DNA from: Vicugna vicugna
Taxonomy: Eukaryota
Assembly: GCA_013265495.1 (NCBI GenBank)
Contig: MU057991.1
Location: forward strand, 62,001-126,000
Direction of reading: 5' to 3'
DNA length: 64,000 bases
Shown in pieces: positions 26,101 to 39,272 of the stretch (positions within the stretch are counted from its first letter, which is position 1; each line of letters opens with the position of its first letter). A program made the translations under genes and the position numbers. Below the pieces are notes generated by a model. That model had not been told where the DNA came from and made no database searches. It worked only from the letters and a program-made list of their open reading frames with translations.

Positions 26101-27324
26101 AAATTTTTAAGTTAATCTCCATTAAACTAACTTAAATTCAGATACTCATCTGTGGCTCGTGGTCAGAGTTCAAACCTCACCTCCAAGTTACAGGAAGGGG
26201 GAGACGGCAGAACACGTCCCCAGTGGGGAAAGAATCAGACGAACCCATGGGGTGGTTTTATAACATGACAGCCCTAGAGTCCCCAGAAAGTCAGTGTCAT
26301 TAAAAGCAAAACCAAACAGCAGGTGAGGCGGGGACTGTCCCAGGTTAGAAGAGATTAACAAAAGCATAGATCAGGAAACTGGATTGGATCCCAGTTGGAA
26401 ACAACAGCAGAGACTTTAAAGCGTCCCTGGGTCCGCGGGGGGCACCGGGCATGGGCTGGTGGCCCCGTCGTGTTGCAGAATTCTTGCTCATTTCCTGAGG
26501 GGTGACCCCGTGCTTGTGATGACAGTGGCATGTTATTATTTCTAGAAGATGCACAGTGAAGTCTGAGTCACTATGCCGGCAACTTTGTAAATGATGCAGC
26601 AGGTGTGTGGGGGGGTGTGTGCAGAGAGGCGGGGAGAGAGAGAGAAGGTAGAAGCGATCAGGGAAATGTTTCTAAAATAGTCCTGTCACGCATAATACTT
26701 CTTCCAAGAAAGCAGATGCACTTAGTAATCTAAGTGTCTTAGGAGAGGTTTCCAGGAAGAGCGTCCAGGATGCTCTCTGCCGGCTGCCCGCTCTTTACAG
26801 TGAAACAGGGGACAGAGCAGCTCAGAGAGGCTGCTACACACAGAGGAGCCAGGACTTGCTGGCTCTGGAAATTCGCGGACCCCCAGATGCGTATGATGCT
26901 AAAATGAAGCCGTGGCTTCCGGGCAAAGGCAGAACCCAGGGGCTGTCGGGGGAATATGGTACAAAGGCGATTCAGTTTTGTTAAGAGAAAACTCCAGGGT
27001 CGTGCCTTAGACAACCGTCCGGATTTTAAAACAGCTGTGCTGCTCTGCAGCCCAGAGCTGCTGCCGCCGCGGGGTGAGCGTCTGGGGGGCCCGGGGAGGG
27101 GCTGAGTGTGTCTCCTCGGGTGCAGGGATGTGACTCATGCAGCCAGCCTCCAAGGTGGCCTTCGAGGTCCCCGCCTCCTGCCACCTGTGCCTCGTGCAGA
27201 CCTTCCCCTCTGAACACAGTGTCGCAGAAACGGTGTCTGGCCGGAGCACGCTGACCCTGGGCTCCCCTTGCTCGGGGGGATCCAGCGGCCCTGGCATCTG
27301 GCCTCTCAGGCCCACGTGGAGAGT

Positions 27325-27725
27325 GTGGTCAGCCTCCCCCAGCCCCACATTCATGTCCTTCCCAGACCCTCAGGATGTGACCTTAATTGGAAATAAGTTC
27401 TTTGCAGACGACATTAGTTAAGATGCGGCCATCCTGCGTAGCGTGGTGTCCTCAGGGAGACCGGAGAAGGGGCACAGAAACACACACGTGTGAAGGTGGA
27501 GGCAGAGCCTGGGGCGACGTGTCCGCACAGCAGGGTGCTCAGTACAGTGGCAGCCCCCGGAGCTACGAGAAAGGCACGGACTGCATCCTCCCCTGGATCC
27601 TCAGACAGCACGGCCCCGCTGACACCTTCCTTCCAGATCTCCAGCCATGAGAACTGAGAGAATAAATCTTGTTTCAAGCCACCCAGAAGGTGAGACTTTG
27701 TATGGTGGCCCCCGGAAATGAACCG
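27325..27725 (+). mobile_element. MaLR (MLT1-like) solo LTR
   Basis: Motifs cctcaggatgtgaccttaattggaaataag...gacacctt...ctccagccatgagaactgagagaataaat...tttcaagccaccca. Confidence 0.75.
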
Positions 27726-29009
27726 AGAGATGCGCTGAGCCCTCCTGCCCGGAACACCGGCTCGCCAGCCAGGGGGGTGCCCGTCTGGGACATCTTCCTC
27801 CAGCTGCACGGGGCGCCTTCTCTGCAACGTCACGACAGCCCCTGAGCCCCAAATGCCAGCCAAGGGGCTTTTCAATTTCTGTCCCACAGAAACAGGATTT
27901 TAACTGAATTTCGGGGTAGCGTGGCACACAGCTAAGATTAACACGGCAAGGATCTTGGGGGAAGGCCATGCGTAGCCTTGAATGAATGAATACATTCACT
28001 TCTTTATTTTAATAATTTATTGACTCCGGTCGAGAGCTATGGTGATGGTTTGGAGGCTTGTCCTGAGCAATCAGTTTAAAGATGATCAGACTGAAAATGT
28101 GATGCGGGAAGCGGTGTGGCCTTCAGGGTGGTGGAAAGAGCACGGTTCCACGTCACGGGCCGTGAGCCCCGAGCACCTCACAGCCCGCCTTCCCCAGAGC
28201 ACCCTCCTCGTCCCCCGTCCCTCCCACAACTCAGGGCCCTCCTTTCAGCCCATCCTGCCCAACACGACTGCAGGTCAGAGCCCTGCTTTTCCAGCGTTCT
28301 TCCCAGACCACCGGAGACCCATGGTTCCAGCCTCAATTAGAGGAAACTGCAAAAAACACCGAAGAACAGAGACTAGGATAATGAACTCCTAGGCACCCAT
28401 CACTAATCGTCAACAATTTTGACAATTTTGAGCTCACGGCCAGTTTTATTGGCTCAGTCTCTCCTCCTTCTGGCCCTTCCCTGAATTACTCTGAAGCAAA
28501 TCCCAAACATTGATTTCATCCCCAAATATTGCAGCGTGGAGTGTTCACCACACAGTTACGACCAACAGTAATTCTTCAGTATCTTTAAAAATCGAATCAG
28601 TGTTTCCATTTCTCTTGTCTTGCAGGTTTTTTAAAAAATCATCTACAGTGACATCACGATACTGATTCTTGTATCTCTTTGGATCCCTAAGTTTCCTCTC
28701 CATTTCTTTTTATCCTTTTGTTGTTTCCCTGTAAAAGAAGCCAGGTGGCTTTCCTTGCAGGTTTAGCCACCGTCTGGGACTTGCTGATCGCATCTCCACC
28801 GTCACAGCGACTCAAGTATCTCCACGATATTTGGGTTTCTTGCAAACTGGTACGTAGAGAAGTTCGATCAGATTCAGGCTTCGTTTTGTTTTGTGAGTTT
28901 TATTTGGAAGGGCGACCGCGGAGGTGGCAGTGTGTATTTCCATCAGGAGGGACACAACGCCTGCATGTCTCGATTGTCCCTGCCTAGACTAACTAATTAG
29001 GGGCAATGC

Positions 29010-29540
29010 TGTACCATTTACATTCCTTTATTCCTTCAAGTGTATCCTAGGCTGAAACAGGCAGTCATCCCTGTTCAAACAGAGTATGCAACAAGCATCC
29101 TTAAGCTCCCGTGCACGACTCAATGCTTAGGTCCTGAGCACATCTTTGGGCGGCTGCTCTGAGCATCCTGTCCACGGCGCTGACCATGACATTACTCTCC
29201 TGCGCATTCTAATGGTGTATCTCCCTCCCCTCCCCTCTCAGTGAGAATGGAAATTAGCTCCGTTTTTTATCCGTGACCTTGAAATGACCCATAGATCTGG
29301 GTCTGGCTGAATCTCTGCCCCACACTCGGGAGTCCTGTCCCCTTGGGCAGCCCTTCCCACCCCCGAGTCGCCTCCTATAAGACGTGGCTGCGCACAGGCT
29401 TCCCTAAGGGTCATCGCACGCGAGGAAGGAGGCGCGCTCAAGCCATTAAACGTATGCGGGCCTAGAATAAACGTGCGGAGACTCCCTGTCGCTCTGTCCC
29501 TCGCGTGGTTACTGGGGACATTACCGGGAACTCCAAAATG
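29010..29540 (+). mobile_element. Probable solo LTR (family unassigned)
   Basis: Starts near TGTACC. CTATAAG TATA-like box near 29376, then ATTAAA and AATAAA (~29446-29471) and a U5-like tail. No TSD seen. Confidence 0.4.
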
Positions 29541-32500
29541 TGCTGGTTTTACTTCTATTCACTTTTTTGTTGAAGTATAGTTGACTTATAACAATCTATT
29601 AGTTTCAGGTGTACAACACAGTGACTCCATTATTTCAATAGGTCGCACTTCACGTAGAGTTAGTAATAAAAATATTAATAGAAGACGCTGGGGGTGTCCG
29701 TGCTGACGTGGGGAGGCCAGCGCCCCCCAGAAGCCGGCCTCGGGGCCCTGGAAGGATCGGGGGCGCTGCAGCAGAGGCAGGAAGCACCGAGGACGCTGTC
29801 CCACCGTGGCCCCGCGGTGACGCCCGCACACCCGTTTCATTATCACAGACTTTTTTCCCTAAAAAATGACCTGATGTCAGTTACTTCTTCCCTAATTGGA
29901 CAGTGAACGTGGCACTGGGCACCTGCACTGTGCTGGGCGCTTTCCTGGGCTGTCTGACGTGAGCCCCCCCATCAACCCTGTGGGGCGGCAGGGACAGAGG
30001 CAGAGGGTCCAGACTGGAACCCGGAGGGCCTGGTGTCCGGGCCCGTTCTTGTCCCTTCGCCCCCCCAGGGCACTTAACTCCCGGCTTCTGCCCGGCGTGG
30101 GAGGCAGGCCCGTGGCTGCGGGCTGACAGCCGTCCGGCTGGAGGGGCAGCGGGCGGGTGGTTGGGGTTTGGCCGCTGCGGGCCCCCCTCCTCTCTGTGCC
30201 CGCCTGGCCGGCCGCCTCGGTACTGGTCTCCGTGACCTTCAAGCACTGCTCCTCCAGACACGGCACGTACCTGCGATGGCCAGACAACTGAGAAACGAGG
30301 CTGTTTGGCAGACACTTCACGTTTGTCATTTGTGGATTTCCTATCTGACAAAAATAGGCAGACTTCCTACGTGGGACCAGATCAAAAATAAGGTGGTAGT
30401 AAGAGAATTCAGTGTGAAAACAGTTCAGAAAAGCACCACACACACAGCCCTCCCTAGACCCTGTTTCAGCACACGGCGGGGCCGTGGATCAGCGGTGTCG
30501 GGGAGGCTGGGGACGCGATGCCTGGGGTGCCCCGCGGCGCTCAGCCCAGCTCGGGAGGAGCCCCAGGAAGATGAGGGAGACGAAGGCCCTCGGGCCACAC
30601 CCAGGCCTTCGAACCTGGCCAGAAGCTGGGGGCTGGGCACCGGGGGCCCCCCCTGAGGCCGGTGAGCGGCCTGCCCCCCAGGGGATGCCCAGAGAGCATG
30701 AAGTCAGCGGGGAGGAAACAGCCACACGGTGAGGAGGCCCCAAAGCAGATGAGAGGGGGGCCAGTGACTGAGCAGAGGGGGCCCTGAGCCCAAAGCAAGA
30801 AGGGCGGGAGCCCCCAGGCAGCCTCTGGGGGCAGGGAGGCCAGGCCCACGCCCCCTCAGACACCAGATGCCTCTCCACCCGCCCAGCAGCGTCACGGCCT
30901 CCTCCCCTCCTCTGCCAAACCGGGGCCTTCTTTTCTGGAAAGCGTTCTGGTCTCTGGCCTGGAGGACAGTGGATCTAGGTGAAGGTGGCAGTGCCATCCG
31001 TGATGGTGGCTGTCCAGCTGTCTTCCTCACAGGGTCCCTCCTGCCGCCTGCAGGCGGGGACCGGGGACCGGGGTGGGGGGGCCTCAGCAGGGACTGATGC
31101 CAGCGCTTCACGGACCGAAGGCCCCGCCAGCTCCCACACGCGGACCGGCATCCCCAGCCGGCGTCCGCAGCACGGAACCAGCGGGCCCTCTGATGCGAAA
31201 GATAAAAACTGCAGCCCGCACGCAGGAAAAGCAATTCAGATCAACTAAAAAGCATGCTGGACGCGGCCGGCACGGCAGACCAGCCCTTCTGAGTGCCCGG
31301 AGGAACCAGGAAGGCAGCCAGAGGATGCTGTCCTCACGCAGGGGTGCCCGGGGCAGCGTAAGGGCCAGCCTGGCACCAGCCAGGGGACAAACCCCCGGGC
31401 CCCGCCCCAGACCAAGGGAATCAGACACTTGCCCAGCAATGGCATCTCAACAAACCCTCCGGGGAGTGGACCCCCGGCCTCTGAGCCGCTCGTGCCCTCC
31501 CCCACTCCCCCCAGGATGGCACCCCCACTTCCTCTCCTCCCCGTCAGCCTCCCTCCCCCTCCTCCACCTCCCCAGCATTTGATGCCCGGCTCCCGACTTC
31601 ATGGAGGACGCCCGCACCCACGCCACCACCCCCCGGCCCGCCCCGCGCCATCTGCCCCACAGGCTGCTCACACAATCCGGCCGCTGAGCCCAGTGGCCAC
31701 GTCTCCATCCTCTTCCGTAGCAGGATCGCCTGTAACAGCTGCCGGCTCCCTTCCCTGCCGCAAATGACTCCAGAGGGAGTTTTTCTCCCAGGCTTCCCTC
31801 TAAACTCCCCGGTTAGCAGACCCCATGTGCCTAAGCAGACCCCGATCCGCCTGGCTGGCCCCCCAACCTGAGTGGCGGGCTGCGCCCCATCCGCGGCTCG
31901 GGCCGAGCACCCCGGAGCCAAGTCCGCCTGCCCTTTCCGCTCCGCACCCAACGGCCAGGAAGCCTCACTGCCTCCGGCTTCAGGACACATCCGGACTCTA
32001 ACCGTCCTCACCAAGCCCACCAGCCACCTTCCTGGACCAGCCCTCCAGCCTCCTTCCCCCTGCCCGGCATTCTCGCAGGGCGACCCCTTTCCTGCATTAA
32101 TCAGGTAACGTCCTGCTTTGGCGCAGAAAGTCTGGGAGGCTCTCTACTCCACCCAGAGGAAAAGCCAGACTCCTCGGAATGGCCTTGCCTTCCTGCATCT
32201 CCTCCCCGCCAGCCCCTGCCCCTACACACACACCCTCACTCCGCTCCCGAACAGAACAGGCTAAACTAACATCCTCAAAGAGGTAAGACATTGCAACAAG
32301 AAACAAGAAGAGAATGTACCCAAAAGATACCCCAAGACCAAGAAAAACTCCCGGAAAGAAGGGAACACACAAGAGGATTGGAAAATGAAGCTGAAATCTC
32401 TTGGAAAGGGAAGCAAAAACGGCAGAAGCAGGGGGAAAAAAAACACTAAGAGAGTAATTCAAAAGAAAATTCCGAGAATTGAAACACATGAAGTTCTAGA

Positions 32501-34449
32501 TCGGAAGGGCCTGCCAAGAGGCCAGGACCCGGCTCGTTACTGTGACCAAGTGACAGAGAGAGAAGTTCTACAGCTTGCAAAGCGATCACACCAGAACGCA
32601 AGATCGCACGCAAAGAAACCAGGGTCACCGTGGCCGTGAGGTTCTCAGAGGCGACGCTCCTGGAAGCTAGGAGACACATGATGCCTTGAAACTTCACTCG
32701 GGAGGTGACCCCCGGTGCAGAATTCTCTGAACCACCTGTGATTTCAGTGTCAGGGCAGAACAGAGACCTCCTTCAGACACGCGAGGTCTCAGGACCTCTA
32801 GCTCGGCTGCAGGGAGACGGGCCTCCCTCCTGCTCCTGGAGAGCCTCTGGGGAGGGGACTGCTCATCTCTCTGTCACCTGCCTTGCAGCTCCAGCTGCCA
32901 AGCATTAAGCCTCCGATGGCTTTCCCATGGCCTCCGCCAGGAAATGGTCTGAAAAGCTGGCCACATCCGTTTTGGGGGCTGTCTATGGGATGACAGGTGG
33001 GCGCTGCTGGGTACCCGTTTTGTTCTCTCAGGCACAACACTTTAAAGAGTGGGGCGAGGTCCCTGTTAACACATGACCAGTGCTGCATCTGACGGGCGAT
33101 CCTATGAAAGCCGCAAGTCCACCCGGTGCAGAACCGGGACGGTCCCCGGGGGGCACTGAGCAAAGAACAGCCCAGAGGAACGGAGAACCCGGCCTCTCTG
33201 AACTTTTTAGATATTGCGTAAGCCTGAAATCGTGGCTCGGTTCCTCCCTCCCCCCTGAAGAACCTTGGGGCAGCCAGGCGCACACACACAAGATGCACAC
33301 ACGGCTGGCTGAAGGCTCGGAGCTGCCAGGCAGAGCAGTGGTTCCAGATGTGGTGATGCTTGGGATCTTGGAGCTGGACAGGTCTGGATTTTCATCTCAC
33401 CACGGAGGACAGTTCACTTGAATCCTCCCCCTAACCACAGGCGGTTGCCCCGAGGACACAGAAAACCTTTCCAGGAAACCGCGTGCCCAAGTTCAGACCA
33501 GTGGTTGAGCTCTGGGGTGAACACACACATCCAGGTTCGAGTCTCCGCTCACGAGCTCCGCTCCACAGGCTCCTTGATGACAGGGACAGCCTGAGGGCAT
33601 GACGCTGCAGGGCTGGGCTGGCCACACTCACCTGCGGTCCCCTCGCGCCGTGACAGGCCCCGAACGCAGAGGAGCTGTCCCAGGTCCTGCCCCGGGCGGG
33701 CTCCCTGGAGCCTGAGCGTCGAGGCCACTCACTGTTGGCACCTGCCTCTCAGCACGCAGCACGAGGCTGGCATGCTGGAGGCGTGCAATGGACGCCTGCT
33801 GAATACAGGAACCGAGGAGGGAGCCGCTCAGGGGAGCTGCACGGCACCCCTGGGTGCTGCTCTCGTGAATTTAGCCAACGAAGCAAGAGCTGTGAAATCC
33901 CCTTACAGAGTTGTAAGTGGTACGTATGCAATTGCACCGGGTGGTTCGAGGGCCCCTCCCAGCCAGGAAGGCGGGGGGACAGAGGACAGGGCATCCCCCT
34001 GGTCTGTTTCCTCCCTTCTGTGCTGGGCACACAGGGGAAGAGGTACTGGGGAACAAGTCAGAAGCGTGGCCCTTGGCAAGAACCGTTCGGGTCTGAACAC
34101 TGCCTGTCCCTCATTCCAGCCGAGACCCCGGGCAAGGCCACCGGCCTTCTCACGTGTCAGACAGTGCCCAGCCCGGGCAGTGCCGTGACCGTGCAAGGCG
34201 GCTGGGAGCAGAAAGGCTGTCACACCTGCAAGCTCAAGACAGGCTTCTCTTCTCAGACCACCCAGGTTTTGGAGGGCCTTGGAACCAAAAAAAAAGTTGT
34301 TCTAATGAATTACCTGGTACATCAGACCTGAGCAATGGCCATATTTTTAATCTTCAGAACGGTGACCAAAGTTCCTGATTGTCGCTCGCAAAGTCAGGCG
34401 CAGGCGAGAACAAACAGAGACCCCACAAGTGTCACCACGGAACTGAAAC

Positions 34450-34455
34450 TTTACT
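34450..34455 (-). terminator. Candidate distal LANCL2 poly(A) signal AGTAAA
   Basis: Variant hexamer followed on minus by a CA cleavage-like site and a GU/U-rich element (cttgtggggtctctgtttgttctc). Confidence 0.5.
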
Positions 34456-35866
34456 GAGCACCAAACCAGAGAACCCCGCGCACTTCTTGTAGACATCGAC
34501 TTTCCTTCTTAAAATGGAACAGTGCACACGCATTATTTAAAAAACTCAAGACACATTATCGAGGACACAACCAAATCTTAAGACATCGCTGTGAGATGCT
34601 CGGAGATCCGAATTCAAACACCTGCTGGAACTATTCGAGCGGCTTCTGCACACCCTGTCCGGCTGCCTTCAGGGCCTGAGAGCCGGAGCTGGCGTCGGCG
34701 GGCTGCCAGTGTCAGGGGCTAGGAAGTGAGTCACTGGGAGTCACAGGCTGCACCTCTGTTAGCAGCATGTGTAAGTAGGCTGTGAATAAACCTTGTAAAT
34801 AAAATCTCCTCCATGTACCCAACAAGTGCGCTATCTTTCCCTCGGCGTGCCAATCAGAAATTAGTTGAACAAGTATTTTTCATACACAGTGAGATGCTCA
34901 GATGACTGGGGGTCACCCTCGCTGCTTCTGCTCAGGAGACACATCAGATGCAAGGCGTCCACAACCCGCCGCCCTCTTGCCGAGCCGGGGTGGTCCCCGG
35001 GCAGCCCCACCGGCCTCCCCTGAGAAATGGCAAAGCTGCAAAACCTGTCGCCGAGGCCCCGAGGGCGGCCGTGCGGGGTGTGGCATCAGCAGGGCTCCTC
35101 TGTCGGAAGCCCCCTCGGCTTGCTCGGGTCCCGCCTCCGGGTCCCGGGGACCTGGGCTTCCCGAGAGGCACACGGGCAGGCCCAGGGAGCTGGTTACACC
35201 ACCACCGGGAGGATTTACACCCACCGAAGTCACCACCAACCTCACTTGAACGATCATGTCTCAGAAGCCAGAGTGCATGAAGAGACCCACGGGACAGCAT
35301 TCGGAAGCTGGGGGTCACACGGGGGGTGTCGCCCCACAAGCAGTGGTCACCAGCGCCCTGAGAATGGCACGTGTGCGAAGGAGTCTGTCTCCTACATCCA
35401 CATCCTTCTTTCTCCTTTGTGGGGGGGGGGACACTACGCCTCACAAATAGAGACCCCCCCTTGTAGATAAGGACCCACCAGAGACCCACCTCGTGCTTCA
35501 GCATCGGGCCTCGGCTTGTAAGATGCGAAGTCTGGAGAAACCCTAGACCATCGTGTATCTTGACAACAAAACTCTTCTAAAAACTGAGATCTATACAGTA
35601 AAATGCAAACTAATGCCCATTTTTAAAATAAAAAAAGTCAGACAGGATCGCGATGTTCCTGGCTGGAACCTCGTTGCCCACGTGCGTAAATGCAGACCAG
35701 CGCTGTGTACTTAACATATTTCACCAACATGCGATTTTTTTTTCATCACCCAAATAGTAGACAAAAAATGAGGACTATCTTCATCCCAAATGTACACTTT
35801 GCTAGCTCACCGAATTTTGAAATCAGTTTCACTGGAGGGACATGGGAAGAGCTGAGTGTCTTTCTG

Positions 35867-35872
35867 TTTATT
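35867..35872 (-). terminator. Candidate proximal LANCL2 poly(A) signal AATAAA
   Basis: TTTATT on plus, about 820 nt downstream of the stop codon. Confidence 0.35.
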
Positions 35873-36688
35873 ACCCACCTAGACCTGTGTCCACTGAACT
35901 GAATGCTGAGTTAGTGTCGGGAAAAGTGAGGTGCAGCCTGTTTGAATAATATACCCTGAAGGAGGACTGGCCAAGCTTCAGTCACTGCTGCTTGGTTTGC
36001 AACGTGGCCGTGGAAAGGCTTCCCTTGAATGTCCCTGGTGTCACGAACCCACTTCCCGGGCCACAAGCTGCCTTGGACTGACCGCGAGGAGAGTCTGGAA
36101 TTTCACACCAAGACGAGCACAGAAGCCCTGCCTGGTGGCTCCCCACCCTCCACGCCAGCAAAACTTCCCCCCAATCTGTTCCGATTCTGTTCGTTTCTGG
36201 AATGGCCTTTCTCTCCTGCTCATCTGCAAGGTACCCGCAGGAAATGTTGAAAAGTCTTACCCCTGGGCCATCACCTTAGGGAATCTTTCTGATACATAAG
36301 AGACACCACCCGCCAAGTCCCTGGTTTGCCAACACAGAAAATACCCCACTGTAAGTGTTATATACAGAGAAGCGGCTGCCGTGTGCCCTCATGCACAGCC
36401 AGCTCGGGCGCAGGGATGGGAAGGGCTTCCGCCGAGAACAACCTACGCCTACAGACAGCGAACACCGAGACATGCAAACGCTACGGAGGGCCGGGCACGG
36501 AGAGGTCGTGTTTGACACCGGTGAGGGGGGCACGGGGACGGGACACCGACGGGGCGGCCCCGCCACTCACGCTGACACAGGGGGCCATGAAGGAGTCTGC
36601 CTCCCCCGCTCCTCCCTCTTGCAGGATTCACAGTCAGTTCTGTGTCAGGCACCGAGCAACCCGGCGGCTCCTGGGCCAGCTGGCTCTC

Positions 36689-36804
36689 TCAGTAGTCTTT
36701 CTGCATCTTTGCATCCCTCTGTGAAGAGCCGAGTTCAAACGCTGGGAACCGTGATGTCTCGGGGACCAGGATGTCGGACAGAAAGTGAATGGCGCCGGCC
36801 ATGC
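36689..36804 (-). CDS. LANCL2: LANCL2 last coding exon (exon 9 equivalent)
   Basis: Acceptor ttgcAG. Translates (G)MAGAIHFLSDILVPETSRFPAFELGSSQRDAKMQKDY* with TGA at 36689-36691. Confidence 0.93.
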
Positions 36805-36868
36805 CTGCAACGTAAAATGCAGTCCCTTATGGAAAAGGGTGTGAGGCTGGTGTCCAAAATCAAGTGAC

Positions 36869-36997
36869 TTTTTTTTTTTAATTTTAATTTTGGTTGGATT
36901 TTATTTTATGTATTTTTAAACGAGGTACTGGGGATTGAACCCAGGACCTTGTGCATGCAAAGCATGTGCTCTACCACTGAGCTGTACCCTCTCCCCC
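36869..36997 (-). mobile_element. Vic-1-like SINE
   Basis: Reverse-complement A and B boxes with a poly-T tail on plus. TSD-like AAAAYCAAGTGAC at 36856-36868 and 37002-37014. Confidence 0.88.
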
Positions 36998-37346
36998 AAC
37001 AAAAACCAAGTGACCTTTAATCACTGCCTTTAGCAGAGCTGTAAGGGTGCGGGGAAAAGCGATGAGGACTTTAAAAATAACTTCACACACACAAAAAAAG
37101 GAAATCCTTGTATCAGCAGGTAATGACACCAGTTTTCTTCACCACTTATTTTTAAAAATTGGTTTCTAAGCTTTAATCTTGCATCTTGACTCTTTAAGAT
37201 GGTTTCACAGAATTGCTAACAAAAACGTTAAGGCATCTATGATAGTTCAACATACAAACCTCCTCTCAGAGCCTTGATGTTTTTGTTCCAAACGAGAAAG
37301 TTGCATTTTACACTTAAGGAGGTTTTAAAAATGTTATTTTAAAACG

Positions 37347-37713
37347 ATCTGTTTCTTAGGCTCAGTCCTGCTGGGTCTGCACTCACGTAAAGATAACAAA
37401 GTTGCAGAATAGAGAGTAACCTTTGTCTTGTGGAAGGTCTGCAGGGGCACCATGGCCTGGCCCACGGGCACCGCTGCAAGAACACAGGATTCCTGCACCG
37501 GGAAGTTTGCAACAACCAACCACAGCCCTTCCCTTTTTTTTTTTTGGTATAAAAGGAGCCTGTGTTCAGACTGGAGCAGGATGGGTCTCCAAGACATGAG
37601 TCCCCCGTCCTCTCGGTCTGCCAGCTTTCCCAAAAAAGTCGCTCCTCCCCGCCCCAGCACCTCGTCTCCCGATTTACTGGCCTGTCGTGCAGCGAGCATG
37701 AGTTTGGACTCGG
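37347..37713 (+). mobile_element. Partial ERV1-like LTR (same family as 9003-9536), internally deleted
   Basis: Shares aagtttgcaacaaccaaccac...tataaaaggagcc...gatttactggcctg...gagtttggactcgg with the other copies. Confidence 0.85.
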
Positions 37714-38404
37714 CTCCAAGCGCAGCTGTTCTCCCACCTTTGGGCTGTTCCCAGCCTTCCCTGGAAGTTTTTGTTTGGGAAAGGGTTCCAGCAGCATAAA
37801 ATATCTGAAAACCACTGATCTACTAGAAGTGGCTGGAAGCGGACAGCGACCCCAGCGCCGTCAGGAGGGGCTGCAGAGCTGGCCACGCTGAAAGGACCCC
37901 GTGTTCTTGTTTTGGGGGCGGGGCGGCAGGCCTCCCCGAAGGACACCTGGGCAGGAGGGACTCCGCCAGAGAGGGTCACGGGTGCTGCGACCCTGCCAGC
38001 CCGGCGGCCTTGACACGTGCCCACCCATCCGACAAGAACCTGGTCGCTGTCTACTGCCAGGCTCTTGGGAGGCACAGCCGAACAGGCGGATGTGGTAACT
38101 CCCCTGCCTTTAGGGGCGGACCCTCAGAGACTGTCACCCACTGCGGCTCTACCGTGGCCACCACAAACATGAAGCTATAAACCTGAAAGAACTCCACTCA
38201 GAGTTCAGGCATTAACTCTGTTGTATCTGATGCAAATACATTGCATTTTTATGCTACAAAAGACTAAAAACGTTTATTCTGAGAAATATTTTTTCATTAT
38301 AATTTCTTAGGTATCAAAAGGATCTCATTCTGCCAAAGAGTAAGAAATGCTCCATTTTCTGCTCATTTTTCTATTATATGACTAAAATATTATCAATAGC
38401 AGAA

Positions 38405-39060
38405 ATAAAACTGCATTATCACAATTTAGACACCAAAAATATAATAATAATAATAATAAAATAATAATAATAAAGGAATAGTACCGAAGCTTTATGCACA
38501 TAAATTTGACCCCATACGTGAAATGGAGCAATATCTCAAAAATACAAAGTACTAAAACTCATTGAATATGAAACAGGTAACTTGAACAGCCTTATAAACT
38601 ATTCAACAAATTCAATTTATAAATTCAAAACTCCCGAGAAAGAAAACTCGAAGCCAGGAAGGTTTTCACTGAAGAATTCCATCCTAGCTTTTAAATTGGA
38701 ATTAGAATTAACACCAATTTTTCCCACCAATTAATACACAATCTGTTTCAGAAAAGAGAGGAGCAGGTACTTCTCAATACAGTATCAGCCAGTATTACCC
38801 TGACAGCGAAACCAAAGACGGTGTAAAAACAGAAAACTATATTCCTCATGCATACAGATGCAAAAACCCTCAACAAAATATTAGCAAATACAGTTCCGCA
38901 GGGTCAGAACTGTACACCGTGGCCAAGTGGGGTTCACCCCAGAGACGCAACGTTGGCTTAATATTTGAAAATCGACCGGCGTGACCCAGAACACTAGGAA
39001 GTCAAAGAAGAACCATGTGATCTTGTCACCTGATGCAGGAAAAGCACCCGACCCAGCTCG
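38405..39060 (+). mobile_element. Old L1 ORF2 fragment
   Basis: Remnants ccagtattaccctga...aaaccaaag...catacagatgcaaaaaccctcaacaaaatattagcaaa...ccaagtggggtt. Confidence 0.75.
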
Positions 39061-39233
39061 ACCTCCTTTGATTTTTTTTAAAAAGTATCCAATCATTTAT
39101 TCCTTCTGAAATGTATTCTGGAATTAGAATGAAATGCGGCTCTCAAGTGCATTAAAAAGTCAGCATCGATTTACCCTAACACATTTAAGCTTTGCCCTTT
39201 GGTTCCCGTGGCTTGTGTTGCAAAGTTCCCAGT

Positions 39234-39272
<39 letters not shown>

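Larger units (their letters stand above)
34430..36688 (-). other. LANCL2: LANCL2 3' UTR (distal end approximate)
   Basis: Follows the stop codon, has AU-rich blocks and ends at a candidate AGTAAA signal. Confidence 0.6.

Noticed and set aside
19300..34300. Many 100-240 aa ORFs in the intergenic region
   Set aside because: Overlapping Pro/Gly/Arg/Ala-rich frames on both strands are expected in GC-rich DNA. No recognisable protein or consistent exon chain.
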